Below are positions 1 to 8,061 of a DNA stretch of 37,099 nucleotides, piece after piece. Under the pieces are notes generated by a model, which saw only the letters and a program-made list of their open reading frames with translations, did no database searches and was not told where the DNA came from. This stretch comes from a virus. Lineage: Duplodnaviria; Caudoviricetes. The first letter of the stretch is position 1. Each line of letters begins with the position of its first letter. The position numbers and the translations under genes are program-made. The stretch covers positions 1-37,099 of the IMG/VR virus record IMGVR_UViG_3300030095_001031; one strand, written 5' to 3'.

Positions 1-77
1 ATGTTTGAAGGAACTAATTCAAACGGCAATGAAACAACAGTTACAGTGACAGACCCAACAGCAGATAGAACAATCAC
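1..77 (+). repeat. 77-nt exact direct repeat, copy 1
   Basis: ATGTTTGAAGGAACT...GAACAATCAC identical to 32102-32178; diverges at base 78. Confidence 0.97.
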
Positions 78-1362
78 CTTACCTGATGCTACTGGTACTG
101 TTATGTTACAAGATAGTAATGGTGATTCAACTATTAATGGTGCATTAACTGTAACTGGTGGTGATTCTGGTGATGTTCTTTTAACTTTTCTAACAGATAG
201 AAGTTGGCAGTTTCAACAAACAGGAGATGATGGTTCTACCTCTTTAAGTTTAAAAGCAAATGTAGATGGTAAATTTTTTAATATTCTTAATAGTAATTCA
301 GATGCAGATTTTGCATTCTTTACATCTCACAGTAGTAGCACACCTTTTCTTTATATAGGTGAAGATGCACAAATAAGATTTGAGGGTGCAACTGCAAATG
401 ACCATGAAATAATATTGACTGTTACTGACCCTACAGCAGATAGAACTATTACTCTACCTGATGCAACTGGAGATGTCGTTCTTAATGAAAGTGGCACTGT
501 TAATATTACAACAACAGATACAAGTGGCGTTGATAATCCAAATTTAGTTTTAAATAGAATTGATACTAGTCCAACAGATTTTGCCAACATAGGTGCTATA
601 GATTTTAAATCTACAAATAGTAATTCTGAGCAATTAGAATTTGCATCAATAAGTGGAATGACTGATGACATTACAGATGGCACTGAAGATGGAAGAATTA
701 GATTCTCAGTATTAAGAAATGGCACTAATATAGACCTTGTTGATTTTGACCCTGGTGGTATAACTTTAAGAGGTGGTGGTGCAACTACAACAGCTGGATA
801 TTTGCAATTTTATCAAAGTGGTGGTGGTTTAAGATTACAACAAAATTCTGCAACACCTACAAGTGGTCAAACAAGAGTTGTTACATTTCCTGATGCTAGT
901 GGTACTGTAGCTTTAAAATCTTTGTACTTTCAAGCTTTTAGAAGTACCAATAGTGCATCACTTACAAGCACATTTGCTACAATAGATTTTGATACAGTTA
1001 CTTTAAATTCAGATAACTCAATATTAGTTGAAAGTGGTGGAGAAGTTACAATTAATAAAACTAGCGTATTTAGATTTCATGCAGATGTTACAACAAAAAT
1101 TACGTCAGGTTCAAGTCGTTCCGATTGTGAAATAGAATTACAAAAGAAAGCTAGTGGGGGTTCTTATAGTGTTGTAGTTGGAACTACAGCTATGACTTAT
1201 AATCGTATAGAATCATTAGGACAAGGAACAGCAAGTATTGATTTTTTAATTAGTGTAACAAGTGGTGACACATTTAAAGTTGTAGTTAAAAGACAAGGTG
1301 GTACAGATACTATAGTTGTTGAAGAAAATGCAGCAAGATTTAATATTCAAGAGATAAATTAA
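1..1362 (+). CDS. Tail fibre protein, C-terminal part (in-frame continuation of 28268..32101 if the genome is closed at the 77-nt repeat)
   Basis: Thr/Gly/Ser-rich; two TVTDPTADRTITLPDATG fibre repeats; C-terminal C1q/TNF-like beta domain (FQAFRSTN...IDFDTVTLN...GEVTINKTSVFRFHADV); first 77 nt identical to 32102-32178. Confidence 0.85.
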   Translation: MFEGTNSNGNETTVTVTDPTADRTITLPDATGTVMLQDSNGDSTINGALTVTGGDSGDVLLTFLTDRSWQFQQTGDDGSTSLSLKANVDGKFFNILNSNSDADFAFFTSHSSSTPFLYIGEDAQIRFEGATANDHEIILTVTDPTADRTITLPDATGDVVLNESGTVNITTTDTSGVDNPNLVLNRIDTSPTDFANIGAIDFKSTNSNSEQLEFASISGMTDDITDGTEDGRIRFSVLRNGTNIDLVDFDPGGITLRGGGATTTAGYLQFYQSGGGLRLQQNSATPTSGQTRVVTFPDASGTVALKSLYFQAFRSTNSASLTSTFATIDFDTVTLNSDNSILVESGGEVTINKTSVFRFHADVTTKITSGSSRSDCEIELQKKASGGSYSVVVGTTAMTYNRIESLGQGTASIDFLISVTSGDTFKVVVKRQGGTDTIVVEENAARFNIQEIN

Positions 1363-1363
1363 T

Positions 1364-1531
1364 ATGTCTAAAGTTTCAGTTACAAATGTTAAATCACAAC
1401 TAGATACACATGAAGCTGTATGTGCAGAGAGATGGAAAGAAACTATACTGCGTATCAAACGCATTGAACACATTATGATTGGCACAGCAGGAACAATTAT
1501 TGTCCTATTAATAGGATTGTTAGTGAGGTAA
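1364..1531 (+). CDS. Small membrane protein, XhlA/hemolysin-like (55 aa; not in ORF track)
   Basis: MSKVSVTNVKSQLDTHEAVCAERWKETILRIKRIEHIMIGTAGTIIVLLIGLLVR; HExxCAER coiled segment plus C-terminal TM helix; fills the gap between neighbouring genes. Confidence 0.8.
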   Translation: MSKVSVTNVKSQLDTHEAVCAERWKETILRIKRIEHIMIGTAGTIIVLLIGLLVR

Positions 1532-1533
1532 AA

Positions 1534-2016
1534 GTGGAACCTGCCACCATTGGATTACTACTTGCAGGTGCAACTAAATGTATTGATTATTTAAAACAAG
1601 GTATATCTCTTGGTAAAGATATAAGTGATATGACTTCACAAGTATCAACCTTTATGCAAAATAGTTCTGACATTGAGCATATGGAAAAACGTGCAAGAAA
1701 TCCTACGTTTTGGCAATCAATGTTCAACAGTGGCAATATAGAACAAGTTGCACTTGATAGTTTAATAGCTAAAAAAAAGATGCAAAAGCACAGACAAGAC
1801 TTAAAGAACTTAATTATGATGCAGTATGGGCAAGGTGGTTGGAATGAACTGCTTGCCTTAGAAGGTAAGATACGCAAAGACAGAGCAGAATTTGTACATA
1901 AACGACAAGAACAAAGAGATAAAATATTCAATATTATTGGTATTATTGTCTTGTCACTTACAGTAATAGGTTTTATTTTCTTACTTATCTTTTTATATAA
2001 AATGCAAAAGAGTTAA
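1534..2016 (+). CDS. Hypothetical membrane-anchored protein (lysis region)
   Basis: GTG start after GAGG; helical body and C-terminal TM segment IFNIIGIIVLSLTVIGFIFLLIFLY. Confidence 0.75.
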   Translation: MEPATIGLLLAGATKCIDYLKQGISLGKDISDMTSQVSTFMQNSSDIEHMEKRARNPTFWQSMFNSGNIEQVALDSLIAKKKMQKHRQDLKNLIMMQYGQGGWNELLALEGKIRKDRAEFVHKRQEQRDKIFNIIGIIVLSLTVIGFIFLLIFLYKMQKS

Positions 2017-2017
2017 T

Positions 2018-2338
2018 ATGACACAAAAGAAATTCCAAAATCAATCTATCTATACAGAATATGATGAAGATGGTGATGGCATTATATCTGATGAAGAACT
2101 AAGTCATGTTAAAGCTATCAAAGAAACTGAAACACAATTACGCAAGAACCTTGCACAGTTGCGTATGGCACGATATACTTTGATTGCTATGGGTGTATTT
2201 ACAGTTGCAATGTTTTTTATTCCAATTGAAAGAGTTAATGCTTTAGCTGATATAAGTAATCTCTTTTATATCTCAGGTGCAGGTATTGTTGGTGCTTATA
2301 TGGGTACTGCTGCATACATGAGTAGGAACGGAAAATGA
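2018..2338 (+). CDS. EF-hand-motif membrane protein, holin-like
   Basis: DEDGDGIISDEE matches the 12-residue EF-hand loop; two C-terminal hydrophobic helices. Confidence 0.7.
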   Translation: MTQKKFQNQSIYTEYDEDGDGIISDEELSHVKAIKETETQLRKNLAQLRMARYTLIAMGVFTVAMFFIPIERVNALADISNLFYISGAGIVGAYMGTAAYMSRNGK

Positions 2339-2529
2339 AACCTGCATTTGTTTTGTTGTGTTATCTTGCAGGTAATCCTGCAGGTACGCTGCATTTAGCA
2401 AATGTAAATAACTGTACATATTTCAAAGACAGACTTGCAAATCAAACAGTCAAGATTGGTGAAGAAACACAGCGATATGATTGCTACTGCAAACTGGTTA
2501 ACGTTAACAAACAGATGAGGTTATGGTGA
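2335..2529 (+). CDS. Small Cys-containing hypothetical protein
   Basis: ATGA overlap with upstream gene; hydrophobic N-terminus; 4 Cys. Confidence 0.65.
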   Translation: MKPAFVLLCYLAGNPAGTLHLANVNNCTYFKDRLANQTVKIGEETQRYDCYCKLVNVNKQMRLW

Positions 2530-2921
2530 TACAAGCATTGATTGGTCCTGCCACCAAATTATTAGGCAAATTCATAGAAGATAAAGATACTAAAAATAAA
2601 CTGGCACATGACTTAGCTACTATGGCAGAGAAGCACGCACAAGAACTTGCCAAAGGTCAGATTGAAATTAATAAAACAGAAGCACAACATAAGTCTATCT
2701 TTGTTGCAGGGTGGCGTCCTTTTATTGGTTGGACTTGTGGCATTGCGTTGTGTTGGCACTTTGTCCTTGCACCAGTAACTATGTTTGTATGTGCTTATTT
2801 AAATATAACTATACCTGAATTGCCACAGTTTGATATGGGATCATTGATGACTGTGCTAATGGGTATGCTTGGTCTTGGTGGACTTCGTACATTTGAAAAG
2901 TATAAAAAGATTTCTAAATGA
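2523..2921 (+). CDS. Holin, 3TM (GTA-holin-like) family
   Basis: EAQHKSIFVAGWRPFIGWTCG and LMGMLGLGGLRTFEK signatures; lies upstream of the endolysin. Confidence 0.85.
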   Translation: MVIQALIGPATKLLGKFIEDKDTKNKLAHDLATMAEKHAQELAKGQIEINKTEAQHKSIFVAGWRPFIGWTCGIALCWHFVLAPVTMFVCAYLNITIPELPQFDMGSLMTVLMGMLGLGGLRTFEKYKKISK

Positions 2922-3040
2922 AATTTGAAGATAAAATAATTTGTCAAAGATGTAGAGTTGCAATGCGACCTACAGAACTTAAAGATGTTTGGAAATGTCC
3001 TGTGTGTAACACTATAGAAAACAAAAGGTTAGAAAAATGA
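2918..3040 (+). CDS. 40-aa zinc-ribbon mini-protein (not in ORF track)
   Basis: MKFEDKIICQRCRVAMRPTELKDVWKCPVCNTIENKRLEK; CxxC...CxxC; ATGA overlaps with both neighbours. Confidence 0.7.
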   Translation: MKFEDKIICQRCRVAMRPTELKDVWKCPVCNTIENKRLEK

Positions 3041-3492
3041 AAGTACCAATATATATACAACTTAGAGATGAACTCAAAGCTGATGAAGGTGTTAAGAATG
3101 AAATTTATCTTGATCATCTTGGCTTACCTACTTGTGGTGTTGGTCATCTTATCCGTGAATCAGATCCTGAATATGGATTAGATGTTGGCACACATATAGA
3201 TGATGAAAGAATTAATGAATTGTTTGATCAAGATATGGAAACAACATTAATCGAATGTGATCATCTCTATCCTAACTTTGATAATTTACCTGATGAAGCA
3301 CAAAAGATTATTGCTAATATGATGTTTAATCTTGGTCGACCTCGACTATCTCGCTTTCATAAGATGAAGAAAGCTGTTGATTCTAGTGATTGGATAGAAG
3401 CTGCTAACCAAATGTTGGACTCTAAGTGGGCAAGACAAGTACCAAATAGAGCAAATCGTCTTATTGAACGTATGAAAAACATACAGACTTAG
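3037..3492 (+). CDS. Endolysin, GH24 (T4-lysozyme-like)
   Basis: DEGVKNEIYLDHLGLPTCGVGH (E-x8-D-x5-T catalytic pattern), NMMFNLG, DSKWARQVPNRA. Confidence 0.93.
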   Translation: MKVPIYIQLRDELKADEGVKNEIYLDHLGLPTCGVGHLIRESDPEYGLDVGTHIDDERINELFDQDMETTLIECDHLYPNFDNLPDEAQKIIANMMFNLGRPRLSRFHKMKKAVDSSDWIEAANQMLDSKWARQVPNRANRLIERMKNIQT

Positions 3493-3499
3493 TAGATAT

Positions 3500-3568
3500 T
3501 CTTGGGTGTAAGCATACTAGAGGGGGTGTTTACCCCCTCTATATGGCTCTTATATCAAGACTTTTTTT
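3500..3568 (+). terminator. Terminator hairpin where the late and early arms converge
   Basis: Perfect 10-bp stem TAGAGGGGGT-gttt-ACCCCCTCTA (3518-3541) inside a longer imperfect stem, followed by T7 at 3562-3568. Confidence 0.7.
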
Positions 3569-3920
3569 CGTTAAAATACATTACAAGCTGACTTCTGCCC
3601 ATGCCACCTTTTCTTGTAGTGCCATCACGATATATTAGTCCTTTCTTTTCAAGTTGTGCATATCGTGGTGTGATACTTCCTTCTCTTACATTAAGTGAAC
3701 GACCACCTTTGCCACTTAATTGTGGTAATGTATTCCAAACATCATCATGTATTGCACCATTATTGCCATGTGCTTTGATGCAATCTAATACAATCTTTTC
3801 TAATCTATTTGTATTAACTTGATCTGCAGCTTCCCATGACGTTTTAGGATCATGGGTTCTTGCTAGTGCTTCACTAACCATTTGATCTTTTTTAGAACGG
3901 GATATCGTCGACATCTTCAC
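3555..3920 (-). CDS. Winged-HTH-like DNA-binding protein
   Basis: ARTHDPKTSWEAA motif followed by SITPRYAQLEKKGLI...TRKG...RSQLV wing, typical of small phage wHTH proteins. Confidence 0.7.
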   Translation of the reverse strand: MKMSTISRSKKDQMVSEALARTHDPKTSWEAADQVNTNRLEKIVLDCIKAHGNNGAIHDDVWNTLPQLSGKGGRSLNVREGSITPRYAQLEKKGLIYRDGTTRKGGMGRSQLVMYFNEKKS

Positions 3921-4311
3921 CTCCTAATACTGATTCGTTTTCTATTATAGTTTGATCCTTTGCAGGTTCTTCTACTCTTGGTGTACTGTCTCCTATCCGT
4001 GCAGATAGAAACTTAGTATTGCCATCTTTGGATACTGTTTTCCAACAAGCAATCCTACGTTTCTCTTGGCTTGGCATAGTGACTGGACCACTGAAGTCTG
4101 GTGCTTTCTCATTCAATGACTTTTCATTTTCGTACATAGTACCAACTTTGACATAGACATCTCGTGCTGTACCACCATCAGGTAGTGATGCTTTGACTAT
4201 AGCAATACGATACTCTGATCCCTCGCTATTGAGTTTCCCTTGCACAAGCAGACTTTCATCTGCTCGTGGTTTGAAGAAACTACCTCTGTCTGTATTATCA
4301 TAATCCATCAT
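3892..4311 (-). CDS. Single-stranded DNA-binding protein (DUF736-like)
   Basis: NEKAPDFSG...RIACWK motif; acidic tail ending DDIPF; follows the ERF gene. Confidence 0.8.
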   Translation of the reverse strand: MMDYDNTDRGSFFKPRADESLLVQGKLNSEGSEYRIAIVKASLPDGGTARDVYVKVGTMYENEKSLNEKAPDFSGPVTMPSQEKRRIACWKTVSKDGNTKFLSARIGDSTPRVEEPAKDQTIIENESVLGGEDVDDIPF

Positions 4312-4810
4312 CTTCTCCTTTCATCTTTGGTTTGCTGACTTGAATTGTAGGCTTACTTGCTTCGTTACCATCATCATCTTCCGATGGTAGACCATATACC
4401 GACTGCAATGTATATCGCTTGGCATATGTAATAGCAGAGCCAATCTTCTGTGGGTTCTCATAATTAGCTTGTGACATTATGATCGGTAGCTTTGACACAT
4501 AAGTATTCTCATCAATGACGTGACGTACTGTAGTGACAACAACTACTTCTGATTTGGTTTCCATGTGACTTGTGTATACATAGTCAATCTCTTGGGTAAA
4601 GAATAAACCAAACTGATTCCCTTGATTTACTGCAGATATAACAGACTCAAGTGTAGAGTAGTTACTTCTGAAGTGTGGGTTCTTGCCATCTTTCTTAGCA
4701 GTCACAGCAAGTTTCTGAAACTCAAGCAATGCTTGTTTCAAAGTCGCAGTAACTTTGGGGTGTGCTTTACTTGGCACAGTTTTTTTGTTATTAGTATTTG
4801 TATCTGTCAT
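4298..4810 (-). CDS. erf: ERF-family single-strand annealing recombinase
   Basis: KDGKNPHFRSNYSTLESV and PQKIGSAITYAKRYTLQSVYGLPSEDDDG are hallmark ERF motifs. Confidence 0.92.
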   Translation of the reverse strand: MTDTNTNNKKTVPSKAHPKVTATLKQALLEFQKLAVTAKKDGKNPHFRSNYSTLESVISAVNQGNQFGLFFTQEIDYVYTSHMETKSEVVVVTTVRHVIDENTYVSKLPIIMSQANYENPQKIGSAITYAKRYTLQSVYGLPSEDDDGNEASKPTIQVSKPKMKGEDDGL

Positions 4811-4836
4811 GTATGACCTCCATTATACAGATAGTT

Positions 4837-4869
4837 AAAAGGGTAAGTGGGTCTGCTTACCCTTTTTTT
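4837..4869. terminator. Hairpin with A/T tracts on both sides, between the exonuclease and erf genes
   Basis: AAAAGGGTAAGT-gggtct-GCTTACCCTTTTTTT; better T-tract on the + strand; contains the exonuclease stop codon. Confidence 0.55.
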
Positions 4870-5654
4870 GTTATGCGAATAGACCCACGCTTATCTCTTT
4901 TGACACTGAGTTTGTCGTTGTATATTTCTGACTCATTGTCTTTCATCTCTGTCTTTAGTTCTTTCTTTGCATTCTCAAATGCTTTTGCATTATCTTCGTA
5001 CAATAGATATTCTGTACTTGCCAGTGCAAAGCTATTACTTCTTGACACATCACGTTTAACCTTGCCATTGATTGCCACATTATCTTTAATGTTTTGTTTT
5101 ACTTTGACTAATACATCTTCAGGTTTTTCATTGTGAACAACATATTCCCAAAACGCTTTGATCTTATCAAGCATATCAGCTTGATACTCTTTGTTTGCAC
5201 TTACAACTACACACTCATGCTTGTTGCCAAAGATAACAGAGAATACCATATGTGGCAGACTTGATATATACAGATAGAACTGCATCTGTGGCATATAGTA
5301 ATCCAACATATAATCCATATCATTACGACTATGTGTATGTTTACATTCTACACCAATGTTTTGATCACGATCTTCACCATCAAGTGTACCTTGTAGTTTG
5401 ATACTGCCATACATTTTTGTATATGCAGACTGTGGTACAAAATCATATTTATAATATTCTTGTAGCCATTGTAAGTTAAAAATTTCTGTGAAAGAACCTA
5501 ACCTAACATTAAATTCATTGCTCAAATCTTTACGACCAAGCAATCCAGTTTTGATTTTCCATAGTTCTTCCCACTTACCTTGCATCAAAGATACCATATC
5601 GCTACCTCTAATGAAGTCTTCACGCATAGGTGCGTGACGTAGTTCATCTGCCAT
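4857..5654 (-). CDS. YqaJ/lambda-exonuclease-like recombination nuclease
   Basis: REDFIRGSD, LWKIKTG, GTLDG, VECKHT, YMPQMQFYL motifs; GGAGG RBS; adjacent to erf. Confidence 0.9.
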   Translation of the reverse strand: MADELRHAPMREDFIRGSDMVSLMQGKWEELWKIKTGLLGRKDLSNEFNVRLGSFTEIFNLQWLQEYYKYDFVPQSAYTKMYGSIKLQGTLDGEDRDQNIGVECKHTHSRNDMDYMLDYYMPQMQFYLYISSLPHMVFSVIFGNKHECVVVSANKEYQADMLDKIKAFWEYVVHNEKPEDVLVKVKQNIKDNVAINGKVKRDVSRSNSFALASTEYLLYEDNAKAFENAKKELKTEMKDNESEIYNDKLSVKRDKRGSIRITKKG

Positions 5655-5676
5655 TTAGACCTCCAATCTTGCTATC

Positions 5677-5705
5677 AGCATACTACATTTATTGTTATAA
5701 ATCAA
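5677..5705 (-). promoter_or_regulatory. Sigma70-type promoter for the recombination operon
   Basis: Minus strand TTGATT-17 nt-TATGCT just upstream of the GGAGG RBS of 4857..5654. Confidence 0.6.
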
Positions 5706-5716
5706 CTACTTAATGT

Positions 5717-5797
5717 GATGAGGTTAAGGTCGCGTTGCAAATTTTCTTAACCTCATCTTTTATAGAGATGGAACAAAGAAGGAATAACCATCTCTAT
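5717..5797. other. Two tandem perfect hairpins
   Basis: GATGAGGTTAAG/CTTAACCTCATC (5717-5728/5746-5757) and ATAGAGATGG/CCATCTCTAT (5762-5771/5788-5797). Confidence 0.75.
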
Positions 5798-5800
5798 TTG

Positions 5801-5977
5801 CTATGCTTTCGCATAACCTCTGTAATCAGCAGTCATACCTTTAGGTTGAATTTTTTCATCTCTATCTGAATAATATTTAACAGACATGAAATAATTCATA
5901 TAGGGTTTAGGTATGTACCTTTGATAATCTTTTTCTTTCAATGCTTCAGGTGCATCTTCAAATCTTTCTTCACTCAT
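5801..5977 (-). CDS. Hypothetical 58-aa protein (not in ORF track)
   Basis: AAGGAG RBS; MSEERFEDAPEALKEKDYQRYIPKPYMNYF...GYAKA. Confidence 0.7.
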   Translation of the reverse strand: MSEERFEDAPEALKEKDYQRYIPKPYMNYFMSVKYYSDRDEKIQPKGMTADYRGYAKA

Positions 5978-6137
5978 TTTCTTTTACTCCTTCAAATTGT
6001 TCGCTGACTTCTTCTTTTCTTTCAAAGCCAATGTAATCACCTTGTTCCCATTTATCTTTAGCTTGTTCTTTAGACTCTGCTTGTATAGTATATTCATTCA
6101 AAACTATTGCAGAAGAACTTACAATATATTCTTTCAT
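5970..6137 (-). CDS. Hypothetical acidic 55-aa protein (not in ORF track)
   Basis: AGGAG RBS; MKEYIVSSSAIVLNEYTIQAESKEQAKDKWEQGDY...; I-x-A-E-S-x-E-x-A pattern common in small phage proteins. Confidence 0.7.
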   Translation of the reverse strand: MKEYIVSSSAIVLNEYTIQAESKEQAKDKWEQGDYIGFERKEEVSEQFEGVKENE

Positions 6138-6138
6138 A

Positions 6139-6750
6139 TTATTCTCCTATTGCTGAAATTAGTTTGCTTGATACTGCTTCGACCAATGACTTACGATAGT
6201 GCAGCATTGGTTCTACATACTCGTTGATCTCTGCTACAGTTGGAAAGAACTTGCAATTCATAATAACTTTGTCACAAGCATACTTCATAATGTCTGCAGG
6301 TACGTGTTCAAACTTCTTAGCATACACTCTTGCTTTGAAAGCTAAGTCTTTCTGTGTCAGGTGGCTTTGCTTCGCTGTGCATACCATGACTTCAATGAGC
6401 CATTCGTGTATGTCTTTAGGATCAGCTACAGTCATACATTCTTCTAATGCTTTTTGAACAGCAATCCTATTGCCACTTAGTTTGTCAGCACAATCTGAAA
6501 TAGTTGGCATTTCCCAACGAAAAAACATATATTGATTGTTTGTTTTTTCAATTATCCTTGAGTTGATTATAGACTCCAAGATAGAAACTGTCGCTTTTGT
6601 TACTTTGTTTGGATCTGATCCTGCTTGTGTGACCAGTGTTTTTGCGATTGAGTTGTTTCTTACACCATTCGCAATAGACTGTATTCCAGTCTTGTTTATC
6701 GTATTGGTTTGTAATATAGAAATGTTTGAAGTATTTAATCTCTCTGTCAT
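6139..6750 (-). CDS. Putative replication protein, helicase loader/inhibitor-like C-terminus
   Basis: AAGGAGG RBS precedes ATG at 6750 (preferred over 6843); VYAKKFEHVPADIMKYACDKVIMNCKFFPTVAEI resembles SPP1 G39P-like loader motifs. Confidence 0.6.
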   Translation of the reverse strand: MTERLNTSNISILQTNTINKTGIQSIANGVRNNSIAKTLVTQAGSDPNKVTKATVSILESIINSRIIEKTNNQYMFFRWEMPTISDCADKLSGNRIAVQKALEECMTVADPKDIHEWLIEVMVCTAKQSHLTQKDLAFKARVYAKKFEHVPADIMKYACDKVIMNCKFFPTVAEINEYVEPMLHYRKSLVEAVSSKLISAIGE

Positions 6751-6817
6751 GGTTGACCTCCTTGTATTGATTGATGACTTCTTGGCTTGGTTGCCACTGA
6801 TTAGTAAGTTTCGGCAT
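6548..6817 (-). CDS. DnaT-like ssDNA-binding/replication protein
   Basis: AGGAG RBS; WQPS...FKHFY...DWNTVYCEW pattern of DnaT-like domains. Confidence 0.6.
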   Translation of the reverse strand: MPKLTNQWQPSQEVINQYKEVNHDREIKYFKHFYITNQYDKQDWNTVYCEWCKKQLNRKNTGHTSRIRSKQSNKSDSFYLGVYNQLKDN

Positions 6818-7037
6818 ATGAATCTCCTATAACGCCATGCCAATATTCATTATAGAAATGTTCTGCGAAATGATCGCACCATTCTTTTTCATGCTGAAGT
6901 TTTGGTTTGAGATTGTAGTTGATAAACCTTTTGACTTCAGCCACATCTTCAGACTCGCTGATTTTATCTTCAAGTCCTTTGATTTCTGCTATCTTTTGTT
7001 CGTATTCAAGGTATATATTATTTTGTAGATTTGCCAT
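6801..7037 (-). CDS. Hypothetical protein
   Basis: AAGGAG RBS; tightly packed in the early operon. Confidence 0.7.
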   Translation of the reverse strand: MANLQNNIYLEYEQKIAEIKGLEDKISESEDVAEVKRFINYNLKPKLQHEKEWCDHFAEHFYNEYWHGVIGDSYAETY

Positions 7038-7039
7038 TG

Positions 7040-7243
7040 TTATCTCCTTTTATCATACATACTAATTTTTATTTCTGCTAATCGTGTAGGTGTAACTATA
7101 TCTCTATTACATTTGCCACAACAATATCCACTATCATGTATAGGTGCAGGGTTGTGACCACCATGCCAGTAGATATGACCATGCTCATCACGATCAGGTT
7201 CTATGTCTTTCTTACATATAACACAAGTAAGATTATAATTCAT
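7040..7243 (-). CDS. Small zinc-finger protein
   Basis: CVIC...GHNPAP...CCGKC...VTPTRL. Confidence 0.75.
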   Translation of the reverse strand: MNYNLTCVICKKDIEPDRDEHGHIYWHGGHNPAPIHDSGYCCGKCNRDIVTPTRLAEIKISMYDKRR

Positions 7244-7551
7244 TTGATTAACTCCTTAAATATTTTATCAGGAATAATAGCAACCCATCTTGGGTCACCA
7301 GTTTTACGTTTATACATAGCGATATCTTTTCCTTGTAACACTTTGAAAACGCTAGGAAATTTATCTACTGCTCTGTATTTTATTTCAACAACATACTCTT
7401 TTTCATTGATAATTAGTTTGATGTCACCACTATGTTCACCACCAAGACTACCTGATAGGGGAACTTTTTTAACAGGTAACTTCCATGAGTTGAATAATTT
7501 TACAAACCAATTCTCATGGTAGTTACCTTTACGTTTACTTTTACTTGTCAT
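7240..7551 (-). CDS. Holliday junction resolvase (Hjc-like PD-(D/E)XK nuclease)
   Basis: SKRKGNYHE...PLSG...GDI...VEIKYR. Confidence 0.85.
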   Translation of the reverse strand: MTSKSKRKGNYHENWFVKLFNSWKLPVKKVPLSGSLGGEHSGDIKLIINEKEYVVEIKYRAVDKFPSVFKVLQGKDIAMYKRKTGDPRWVAIIPDKIFKELIK

Positions 7552-7781
7552 TAAAACTCCTCATCTGTTGCAGTTATAGTTAAGTAAACTTGCAATGCTT
7601 CACACCAACAAAGCAAATTAAAGAGTCTAGGCTCACGCACCATACGTTCCCATTCTCCAAACAGTTTTGTATCTACACCAATATCTAAAGCTATTTGTTC
7701 CTGCGATAATTTTCTTATTCTACGCAGGAACACTAGCCTTTCGACAATAGATTTGTATTGATACTTTACTGTGTTCTTCAT
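7551..7781 (-). CDS. XRE-family HTH regulator
   Basis: LRRIRKLSQEQIALDIGV...WERMVREP...LLCWCEAL. Confidence 0.85.
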   Translation of the reverse strand: MKNTVKYQYKSIVERLVFLRRIRKLSQEQIALDIGVDTKLFGEWERMVREPRLFNLLCWCEALQVYLTITATDEEF

Positions 7782-8044
7782 TTAAAGTTCATGTGTTTGA
7801 TTTGACTATCAAGTAATACATTCTCGATAATACTACTAGCTTGTTTGTCTTCGTATTGTCGTTCATGTACTTTGATAGTCATGGCAGTCATCTTGTTTAC
7901 CCATGATTCTTCATTGAGTCCACTGCGTTTTGCACCAAGTGCTGCCATGTGAGTATAGATAAGCCTATACTCAGGTGGTGTAGCAATACTTGCGATTGAT
8001 CGACAAGTAGATAACTCTTGTTTTCTGAAACCTAATATTGTCAT
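7778..8044 (-). CDS. Hypothetical protein
   Basis: GGAGG RBS; ATGA overlap with the HTH gene. Confidence 0.7.
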   Translation of the reverse strand: MTILGFRKQELSTCRSIASIATPPEYRLIYTHMAALGAKRSGLNEESWVNKMTAMTIKVHERQYEDKQASSIIENVLLDSQIKHMNFK

Positions 8045-8061
8045 TGTTAACCTCCATTGTA

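Noticed and set aside
1-471. Fibre repeats as a DGR template/variable repeat pair
   Set aside because: No reverse transcriptase in the window; differences between copies are mostly synonymous third-position changes, not adenine-specific.
6751-6843. Upstream start (6843) for the loader-like ORF
   Set aside because: It would overlap two other genes; a strong AAGGAGG RBS supports ATG 6750.
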